Shown one piece after another: positions 39,836 to 47,964 of a DNA stretch of 64,000 bases. The position numbers and the translations under genes are program-made. The DNA lies in NCBI GenBank assembly GCA_965261395.1, contig OZ253462.1, positions 2,720,001-2,784,000 of the forward strand. Direction: 5' to 3'. A model generated the notes under the pieces. It saw only the letters and a list, made by a program, of their open reading frames with translations, ran no database searches and was not told the DNA's origin. This stretch comes from Candidatus Latescibacterota bacterium. Lineage in GTDB: Bacteria > Latescibacterota > UBA2968 > UBA8231. Position 1 is the stretch's first letter. Every line of letters begins with the position of its first letter.

Positions 39836-41907
39836 TATAGCAATCCTAAATCATTTAAGAGATATTGCATATTGTTTCAACTTGGGGAAATGGAAGTATC
39901 TGCTCTGTCGAATTCCCTTGACGAATAGGTCTTTAATCTGTTTAAAACAGGTGGTCCATAACGCATGGGTGCGCACAAAGGTTTTGCCTTTTAACCAGAG
40001 GTCTTCGACCGGATTTTCTTGCGGTGCATACGGGGCCAATCGCGTACCGTCGATCTTCCACTCGTGGGGTGCTCGATCGGCTTGGAGCGCTTGCAGAAAA
40101 TCACGCATGGCCCGTTGGTGATGATAGGAAACGCCGTCCCCAAAGATCAACAACTTTTGCCCGGGACGACGCTGTTGTAGGTAGCGTACAAAGTCCACGG
40201 TATGCTGTGAGTTGGCCTTCGGGTAGCTTTGCATGAGGAAGGTGCCCTTGACCACATCCAAGGCTCCATAATAGGTTTGTCGTTGACGGCCATTTTCAAT
40301 GGAAACCTCAAGCCGTTGGTCTTGGCGTCCCCAAGCATAGCCACAGGCTTCGTCCCCGTGCAGGTGCGACTCATCAACGAAAAAGGCACTGAGAAGCCGT
40401 CTGAAAACCCTCTGATGTAGCCGAATTTGAAAGGGCGTACTCATCGAGCCATATTCAGGTTTCACCACAAAATCTGAACAGAAAGGCTTGTATAATGAGT
40501 ACGCCGCGTAGGCAATATGCCACCGATCTAACCGATGGACAATGGCAGCGGATCGAACCGTTGCTGCCCGCGCCGCGCTGGCGGCTTCACGGTCCGGGTC
40601 GGCCGCCGCGGGATCGACGCCAAATCGTCAACGGCCTTTTATATTTGAACAAGACGGGGTGTCCTTGGGCTTTGTTGCCTGCTTGTTTTGGGCCGTGGAA
40701 AACGGGGTATGATTACTTTCGTCGCTGGAGCCTGCAAGGGGTCTGGCCGCCGGTGTTGGATCGGTTGACCAAGCGGGAACGCCGCCAGAGCGGCCGGGCG
40801 GCGATGCCGTCGGCTGGCTGCGTCGATAGTCAGACGATTAAGACCGCAACGCATGGTAAAACAACCGGGTATGACGCCGGTAAAAAGATCAAAGGCCGCA
40901 AACGGCATTTGTTGGTGGACACGTCGGGTTTGCTTCGACAGGTGGTGGTCACCGCCGCCGATGTCGATGATCGAGAGGGTTTGAAGCAGGTGTTGACCCG
41001 CTTGAAGGCCGCCGGAGTGGCTCGGTTACGCAAGCTGTGGGTTGATGGCGGCTACCAAGGCGAGGCCATCCGAACGTGGGTGGCCAACCAAAAAAAGACG
41101 CACAAAATAGACTTGGAAGTCGTCGCCAAACAAGGCTCCGGATTTACCCTAGTTAAACGCCGGTGGGTCGTCGAGCGCACCTTGGCGTGGTTGATGAATT
41201 TTCGCCGACATGCGAGAGATTATGAGGTCTTGACCCGCCATAGTGAAGCCTTGATCCAGATTGCCATGATCCACTTGCTACTTAAACGAATCAAATGAAA
41301 ATTAGAGTTTTCAGACGGCTTCTGACGTGGCCGGCTTCAAGATCGGCCTTATGATCGGCTAGTTTTTTTTAATGACTTCTCGCTGGTCCATCGCCTGTTG
41401 CAGATCAGCTTTCGGCCTACGGGCTTGCGTCTTTTTCCAGCTATAGCGAGCCTGCGAAAGTAGGTCGTAATAGCTTTGCGACGAGCGAAAGACCACGCCA
41501 AACTGGGTTTGGATATAGGCGGCTAACCCGGCGACCGAAGGCGGCGGTTGGGTGGCTAACCACGCGTGGATTTGTGCACATTGATCGGCCGACAAAAAAG
41601 GCTGCGACCCGGTATAAGCCAAGCGCAAACCGTCCACGCCCTCGGCCTGATAGCGTTTCTTCCACGTGCTAATGAAGCTCGACGGTACGCCGAGAATGGA
41701 TTGAATCACCCGTTGTTTGAAGCCCAACTGCGTCCTGTGAACCGCTAACGCCCGTTTCAATTCCCGTGCATCGGGATTGCTGGCGATAAACGCCGTAAGA
41801 GAAGTATCCGAAGGCATAGATATGCTCCTAAAAAAGGGGGGCCATACCAAACGCAGGATAACATAGAAAAATTAAATAATGCTCTCAACTCATTCAGGAT
41901 TGCTATA
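39836..41907 (-). mobile_element. IS630-family element, degenerate and interrupted by IS5 copy 3
   Basis: IRs TATAGCAATCCT / AGGATTGCTATA; HTH ORF ending IKKN at 41359; DDE ORF 39851-40390 (FVDESHL, APYAPQENPVEDLW). Confidence 0.88.
40393..41322 (+). mobile_element. IS5-family element, copy 3; transposase 40495..41298
   Basis: Same TIRs and protein as copy 1; TGA duplication. Confidence 0.93.
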
Positions 41908-42388
41908 GGTACGAATACCGGTCTGGTATGCCCGGCCCTTCCGCCCATCTGATCCGCACATTCACGGCCAGTTCCGGCATTGGTCCTTCCTTCACCTCCC
42001 GGATGACCCGATCTAGCCGATAGTCCACTTCCATATTCTGTTCGTAGCGATAGTTCAGCAGAGCGTACTCCGGTACTGTGTCCTCCGTCCGTCCGGTCAC
42101 CGCCAAAAACGACCGGAACCACGCCTCGTGCCCGATAAACAGTGGCAGTCCGTCTGGATCGCGATCCTTAGCTTGCCGCACAAGATAAAACACCACATCC
42201 GCCAACCACGCGCCATTGGTCGTCGCTGTTAGTTCATAATCACCATAATGCTGCCGCATCGCCTCCAGCACCTCCGACCGATCCACCACATTATACGCTC
42301 CCTCTACACCTGCCAGCGGACCGGGTAATACCAAAAAACAGAGGAGGGCTGCGATCCTTAAACTCCCAAGGTATTGAAAGCTTGTCAT
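41903..42388 (-). pseudogene. Secreted hypothetical protein, probably truncated by IS630
   Basis: Signal peptide; stop codon is supplied by the IS end (cta TAG caatcc). Confidence 0.6.
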
Positions 42389-42469
42389 AACCTATATCCC
42401 GTCTCCATAAAAGGTTCGTGTCTATGGGTTATCGGACGCGCAGAGCGTTAAAACGGCAATGCGAGATTC

Positions 42470-43261
42470 CTATTGCAGAAGTTCGCCGGGTATGCGCGAG
42501 CCGGGGTATTCCTTCTCCGGGTCGCGCTCGGCAATGATGGCCGGCACTTCGTCGGTCCAATAGGCGGGAACGGTATCTGGACGCCGGTGCCAAGCCAATA
42601 CCAACGTGCGGCGTTCGTCGGTCTGATTGCGATACGCCGAGTGCAGCACGCGGGCATCGGCTAGCACTAAATCGCCAGCCTTGACGCAGATATCGACTTG
42701 GGCTGGGTGGTCGCTGAACATGGTCGGGTGGTCTTCTTCGATGAAACGCGCCCCTTGCTCGTGGGCTGGCACCATTTCGTCGTGCAAGGAGATGCGCTTG
42801 TGGTGCGTGCCGGGGATGACTTTGAGGCAGCCGTTTTCCGGCGCGGTATCGCTCAAGTAGTAGGACACAAAAATGATCTGCGGCCACGGCGAACAGCTCA
42901 AGGGATCGTTCCACTGCATCCAATCTTGGTGCCAATACAGGGCCGGTTCGTCGGGGTCTTTGGTCAAGAGGATGATGCCGCCCGTGCTGGCAAAGTCGCC
43001 CAAGCCCATCTGTTCGAGGGCGCGGCGCGTGGGAGGCCAGTCGAGCAATTTCTGGATGGTCGGGTTGTCCTCCCCGCGCGCGGTGACGTGCTGGCCTTGG
43101 TACTTGAAGTCGGGCGGCGGCACCCAGTCCTCCATCATGCGCTCGGTCTCGTCGCGCAATTCCTGTAAGAATTCGTCGCTGAGAATATTATCGACCGCGC
43201 AGAATCCGTCGCGCAGTAGCTGTTGGCGTTTTTCTATGGCTTGTTCGGGAGTCATCGGCAA
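42470..43261 (-). CDS. Phytanoyl-CoA dioxygenase (PhyH) family
   Basis: WHQD, NGCLKVIPGTH and RVLHSA...N...R motifs. Confidence 0.92.
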   Translation of the reverse strand: MPMTPEQAIEKRQQLLRDGFCAVDNILSDEFLQELRDETERMMEDWVPPPDFKYQGQHVTARGEDNPTIQKLLDWPPTRRALEQMGLGDFASTGGIILLTKDPDEPALYWHQDWMQWNDPLSCSPWPQIIFVSYYLSDTAPENGCLKVIPGTHHKRISLHDEMVPAHEQGARFIEEDHPTMFSDHPAQVDICVKAGDLVLADARVLHSAYRNQTDERRTLVLAWHRRPDTVPAYWTDEVPAIIAERDPEKEYPGSRIPGELLQ

Positions 43262-43289
43262 CCTCGTCGAAAGGTGTGGGATCTGTGTT

Positions 43290-44489
43290 TCAATTTTGAT
43301 AAGGCTCGGTGCGGCCTCCGGTCAAGTCGCGGTCAAAGCTGGGGCGCAGCAGTTCGGTTAAAACGGGGGGCAACTCGCCCCGCTGCGCTTTGAGTGCCCA
43401 TAGCGGCGGCACGGCGTGAGGCGGCTGCGCCAAGCCAGTGCGATCATCGGCTTTTTTGTACGCGTATAGGCTACACCAGCGGGTCTGCCGATCCTCCCCT
43501 TTGGGAGCTACGCCGTGTGCTCCGTGCGACAGGCAGCAGACGACCGAGCCGGGGGGCAGTTTGAGGTGTTCTATGGTCAGCGGTTTCCCGGTAATGGGAT
43601 GGACGCGCCCCTTCAGCCAACCAGCTTCGATCTCCTCGTCGGTATCCCCTCGGCAGTTGTCCGGGTCGCGGAACAGGTGGCTGCCGCGGATGAGCTTGAG
43701 GCCGCCGTCGGCGGCGGCGCTAAAGCCCTGGGGATAGCACAAGGTGAGGTTGGTATTGGGCTGGGCTTGGTATTCGGCCACATCGCGGACGGGGCTGCGG
43801 TCGTAGCCAGCACCTATCTTGTGGCTGTGCCAACTGCCGCCAGCATAATCCGGTGGCCGAGTGAGAAGCTGATTGTGATCGAAATACACGGCCTCCGTGC
43901 CCAAGCACAGCTTCTGTAAATGCAGCATTTGTGGATGGGTCATCACGTCCATGAGGAACGGGACATGACCAGCGGGGAAATACTCGGTAAAAACGCTGTG
44001 CCGCCGCAGAGTCGGCACACCGGCCTCGTCGGTTTTCTGCGGGGCTTTCTGGCTGCTGCCCAAGGCACCGGCAATGGCCTCGGCGCTCAGTTGGCACTCG
44101 GGCGGGCGGCGGCCCAAGGTGAGCCAATCTATTTGCCTCCAGTCCGCCTGCAAGAGGATGTCGTTGCGCTGTTGGCCGTACTGCAGCGCCTTGGTCCAAG
44201 TCTTAATGACGTACGGAGGCATGATGCCCCGTAGCACGGCGTACCCATCGCGCAGATAGGCGTCGTGGTCGAATTGGGCCTCCAGCTTGTCCAAGTCGAA
44301 AATATCGCGGCGCTCGGCCTCCAAGCGGTCCCAATCAGCAGCGGACCACTGCACAGGCGTCGGCTCGTCGCCTAGAAAATCCGGCCGACTCGCCCGAGCC
44401 AAATCGCTGGTGGGACTGTGTAGAAAGCGTTCCCACAGAGGATCGGCTAATTGGTCTTCGAGCAAGGGGTTGTGAGGCATTGACCTCAT
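43290..44489 (-). CDS. PhyH-like Fe/2-oxoglutarate dioxygenase, atypical
   Basis: YLRDGYAVL, WHSH, GGLKLIRGSH and HGAHGV motifs. Confidence 0.75.
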   Translation of the reverse strand: MRSMPHNPLLEDQLADPLWERFLHSPTSDLARASRPDFLGDEPTPVQWSAADWDRLEAERRDIFDLDKLEAQFDHDAYLRDGYAVLRGIMPPYVIKTWTKALQYGQQRNDILLQADWRQIDWLTLGRRPPECQLSAEAIAGALGSSQKAPQKTDEAGVPTLRRHSVFTEYFPAGHVPFLMDVMTHPQMLHLQKLCLGTEAVYFDHNQLLTRPPDYAGGSWHSHKIGAGYDRSPVRDVAEYQAQPNTNLTLCYPQGFSAAADGGLKLIRGSHLFRDPDNCRGDTDEEIEAGWLKGRVHPITGKPLTIEHLKLPPGSVVCCLSHGAHGVAPKGEDRQTRWCSLYAYKKADDRTGLAQPPHAVPPLWALKAQRGELPPVLTELLRPSFDRDLTGGRTEPYQN

Positions 44490-45277
44490 GGGACGTCCTC
44501 TTCTTCAACGCCTTCAAAGAGCGAGGGGAAAAAGCGGTGCGGATCGGCCGGCTCGCCAAAGAGGATCTGCTGCCGTCGGGTCAGATCGGCCGGCGGTTGC
44601 ACGCGCCTGTTGGTCCAGGCCATTTGCGAGACGCAGTATTTGTAGAGCAAAGCGCGCCGCTGGTGGTGCCCGTGCCAAGCGGCTGTCCCGTGAGTCAGAG
44701 CTTCGGAGAATAACGTAACGGAGCCGGCCGGGGCCGAGGGGATGATCACGCAGGGGGCCTGTTCGGGTGCGTCAGCAATTGGTTGCGGCAGTTTGAAATT
44801 GCTCTTGTGGCTACCGGGAATGCAGCAGAAGCCGCCGTAGTCCGGACCGGCGTCGGTCAAGTTCCAAGTCGCCACGACAAAGCCGTTGAGGATCTGGTTA
44901 TCGCGCAGAGGATGGTACTGGCCCGGCTGCGCCCCGGAGGTAGGCGACGTGGGGCCGTAGTCACAGTGCAGGGCTCCTCTGGCCATGCCGTGGCGCAAAC
45001 ACAAGCCGTAGATCCGGTCGAGGCGGAAGCAATCTCCTAGGCGGAAGCGCAGCACGGGCATGATCTGGGGGTGGTCGAGCAGGTCGATGAAGGGCTGGCC
45101 CCAGTCCAAAAAGCCCGAGCCATCGGGAGCAGCACCAAAGCGGTTGCCCTTTGCCGGCGGCAGGTGCGCGTCGAGCAAGTGGTTGAGATCGGCCACTTGC
45201 TCGGGGCCGAGGACGCTTTCGAGCACCAAATAGCCCTGCACGTCGAATAGGTATTGCAGCGTTTCGAAATCGTTCAT
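44486..45277 (-). CDS. PhyH family dioxygenase
   Basis: FDVQGYL, LHCD, GGFCCIPGSHKS and EALTHGT motifs. Confidence 0.9.
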   Translation of the reverse strand: MNDFETLQYLFDVQGYLVLESVLGPEQVADLNHLLDAHLPPAKGNRFGAAPDGSGFLDWGQPFIDLLDHPQIMPVLRFRLGDCFRLDRIYGLCLRHGMARGALHCDYGPTSPTSGAQPGQYHPLRDNQILNGFVVATWNLTDAGPDYGGFCCIPGSHKSNFKLPQPIADAPEQAPCVIIPSAPAGSVTLFSEALTHGTAAWHGHHQRRALLYKYCVSQMAWTNRRVQPPADLTRRQQILFGEPADPHRFFPSLFEGVEEEDVP

Positions 45278-45314
45278 GGCTTTGGATCCCTAAAAAACCT
45301 TTTCTCGCCGATCT

Positions 45315-45740
45315 TCATTCCGACCACGGGTTGAAGACCGGGACGGCGGCCCTGAGAAAGTCGCCCTCGTTGCGGGTACAGACGGTCAGGGAATGCACGT
45401 GCGCGGTGGCGGCTATAAAAAGATCTGGCTGGCTAAAAGTGATTGACTGTTCCCGGCCCCGTGCAACCATTCGGCGCCATTCCAAGATTGCTTCCTCGTC
45501 CACGGGTAGGATACGTCCTGCAAACCAGGGTCTCAGCCTGTGGTCAAGCCACGTTGCGAGTTCTTTGCGGAACTCAGGGTCCGACTGTTTTTCGATGCCG
45601 TACCGAATCTCGGCCAGCGTGACGTTGCTGAGGAACAGGCTGTCCGCTACTTGCACATCCGACCATGCTTTCACCCGACGATCGGGCCGCTTTTTCCGCA
45701 ACTCGGACACGACGTTGGTGTCGAGCAGCCATCCATTCAC
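45315..45740 (-). CDS. vapC: VapC PIN-domain toxin
   Basis: WLLDTNVVSE, DLFIAATA and TRNEGDF motifs. Confidence 0.93.
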   Translation of the reverse strand: MNGWLLDTNVVSELRKKRPDRRVKAWSDVQVADSLFLSNVTLAEIRYGIEKQSDPEFRKELATWLDHRLRPWFAGRILPVDEEAILEWRRMVARGREQSITFSQPDLFIAATAHVHSLTVCTRNEGDFLRAAVPVFNPWSE

Positions 45741-46033
45741 AACTCGACCTCTCGAACCGGGCTCCGAATACTATCGTCGCCGAACTCGATGCGGTTCAGA
45801 GGGGATTGTGACAGGAGTTCGTGCAAACTGGCCGATTTTTCCCGCGCCTGGAGATTTTCAAATTCATCTACTGCGACGATGACCACGACGTCCTTACCGT
45901 GAACCGTTACCCGTTGTGGCTGGCCCGCAGCAGCAAGGCGGACCACCTCGCTAAACTTGGCTTTGGCCTCTCCCAACTTCCAGCCGGGAATCGACACCGG
46001 CCCAATCTGTTCGGCTCGACGAGACTTTCCCAC
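45737..46033 (-). CDS. Phd/YefM-family antitoxin
   Basis: WKLGEAKAKFSEVV...PQRVTVHG; GTGA overlap with the toxin. Confidence 0.9.
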   Translation of the reverse strand: MGKSRRAEQIGPVSIPGWKLGEAKAKFSEVVRLAAAGQPQRVTVHGKDVVVIVAVDEFENLQAREKSASLHELLSQSPLNRIEFGDDSIRSPVREVEL

Positions 46034-46048
46034 GGATTTTCCTCCTTA

Positions 46049-46063
46049 TGACTATGTTAGTCA
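46049..46063. promoter_or_regulatory. Palindromic operator upstream of the TA operon
   Basis: TGACTA-N3-TAGTCA immediately upstream of the antitoxin RBS. Confidence 0.55.
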
Positions 46064-46085
46064 AATATATATGAAGTTGCGGTAA

Positions 46086-47456
46086 GCCTCAATGAAGACG
46101 GGGCGGGGCCTCCCCGGAAATATGAGAAATGGCGCTGTAGGGGCGACCGGCCGGTCGCCCCTACGGACTTCAATGAGGCCGGGGCGTTTCCACCCCGGAA
46201 ATCTTCGGCGACCCGCATCCTCTCCCAGCCGCGCATCTTACTTCAATGAGGCCGGGGCGTTTCCACCCCGGAAATGGAACAAAACCAAGCATACCTTGGC
46301 GAGATTATCGTCACTTCAATGAGGCCGGGGCGTTTCCACCCCGGAAATGTCGAGCTGAACCCCCTCGCGTCGATGGTCATAGGGTTGAACTTCAATGAGG
46401 CCGGGGCGTTTCCACCCCGGAAATCCAACGCTCCAGGATCGTCGCCTACGATTTCGATAAGGACTTCAATGAGGCCGGGGCGTTTCCACCCCGGAAATGC
46501 ATCAAAAGCAGATATATGAGCGCTCGGTAGGCCCGCTTCAATGAGGCCGGGGCGTTTCCACCCCGGAAATCATGCCCGCAGCTATCCTGGGCGTCCCGCT
46601 CCTGAATAAGCTTCAATGAGGCCGGGGCGTTGCCACCCCGGAAATCGCGACCGACGATCTTCTGTCCGAGCTCCTCGAACTTGCTTCAATGAGGCCGGGG
46701 CGTTTCCACCCCGGAAATCCTGCACCGGATGCCTGTCAAGGCCGCCCCTCGATATGTGCTTCAATGAGGCCGGGGCGTTTCCACCCCGGAAATCTCCTCG
46801 TGGTGAGTTCGTTGGGGCGTCATTGCCCTGCTTCAATGAGGCCGGGGCGTTGCCACCCCGGAAATGATCCTCGACGTTGACCTCTTTCTTGCCCAACAGG
46901 CCGCTTCAATGAGGCCGGGGCGTTGCCACCCCGGAAATAAGCGTCGGCAGCCTGCTTTAGCGCATCAGCCGATTGCTGCTTCAATGAGGCCGGGGCGTTG
47001 CCACCCCGGAAATGGTACGCCACAGCTTTTGCGGCTCGCCCGAGCCGTCGCAGCTTCAATGAGGCCGGGGCGTTGCCACCCCGGAAATGAAGTAAGGGAA
47101 GTATTAGGTCTCTCGGCTTCTATCGCTTCAATGAGGCCGGGGCGTTGCCACCCCGGAAATTCCTCGACGATCCGGAGTTTCTCCCAGCCACGCAGCTTGC
47201 TTCAATGAGGCCGGGGCGTTGCCACCCCGGAAATCGATACCCAGCAGACGGCGCTGGACTTGGTTCGTCCGATGCTTCAATGAGGCCGGGGCGTTGCCAC
47301 CCCGGAAATGGACCAAATTCATTCCGTCCAGACCGCAGCCATAAGTGCTTCAATGAGGCCGGGGCGTTGCCACCCCGGAAATGGCCTCATCAAGTCCAGC
47401 GCCGTCTGCTGGGTATCGTCGCTTCAATGAGGCCGGGGCGTTGCCACCCCGGAAAT
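46086..47456 (-). CRISPR. CRISPR array: 19 repeats of 36 bp (including a degenerate terminal repeat) and 18 spacers
   Basis: Plus-strand repeat (G/A)CTTCAATGAGGCCGGGGCGTT(G/T)CCACCCCGGAAAT. Degenerate copy at 46086-46121 marks the trailer. Minus-strand repeat ends ATTGAAGC. Spacers 36-45 bp. Confidence 0.99.
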
Positions 47457-47665
47457 AGTCCCTGCGGAACTCCTTGTGCGGCTTGGGTTTTCCACCCGTT
47501 TTGCGAGCGGTGGCCGCTTTGTCTTCTCGAACATGCAAATTGTTCGCCAAACGCATACCATGATACGGTCTATCTCCTTGTAATACAAATAGAAAGCACA
47601 TTGCGAGAGCTACCAGCCTTTTTCCTTCCACCAGAGCACTCGCAGGGGACACGGCAGATTCCCCG
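47457..47665 (-). promoter_or_regulatory. CRISPR leader
   Basis: Non-coding, relatively AT-richer stretch between cas2 and the first repeat. Confidence 0.75.
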
Positions 47666-47959
47666 CTAAACAATTGTCGCCTGCCGACTCGGCGCTTCAT
47701 ACGTCTTGCCCAGACTTTCTACCAGAGGATCAACTTGGTCAGCAGGCCCCAAGTCCAAAATCAGGATGTGATCCTCTGCCAATTTGATCAAACCTTCCAA
47801 CCGCGCCGTCATCTCAGCCCGTCGCCGGGCCGTCAGCCGACACTGGAAAACCGACAACTGCAACCAGTGCCCATAGCCTTTCATCACCTTGAACACGCGT
47901 CGCCAACGCTTTGGCTCGGCAATGTCATAAGCAACGATGTAGAGGCGCTCGTTGGCCAT
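47666..47959 (-). CDS. cas2: CRISPR-associated endonuclease Cas2
   Basis: YIVAYDI...RWRRVFKVMKGYG.WLQLSVFQC. Confidence 0.97.
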   Translation of the reverse strand: MANERLYIVAYDIAEPKRWRRVFKVMKGYGHWLQLSVFQCRLTARRRAEMTARLEGLIKLAEDHILILDLGPADQVDPLVESLGKTYEAPSRQATIV

Positions 47960-47964
47960 ATTCG

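Noticed and set aside
37974-41322. Composite transposon formed by IS5 copies 2 and 3 carrying the TA pair
   Set aside because: Each copy has its own target duplication (TTA/TTA and TGA/TGA), indicating independent insertions.
47235-47420. Lethal self-targeting of the array by the complementary spacers
   Set aside because: PAM-proximal positions mismatch in both directions, and for the better-matched guide the flank (GAA) is not the TTN PAM reported for type I-G.
46122-47420. Spacer matches to ISs or genes elsewhere in this window
   Set aside because: None found by eye; an exhaustive alignment was not possible, so absence is not proven.
46092-47700. ORFs with repeated MRPGR(F/C)HPGN or FRGGNAPASLK peptides
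   Set aside because: These are translations of the CRISPR repeats, not proteins.
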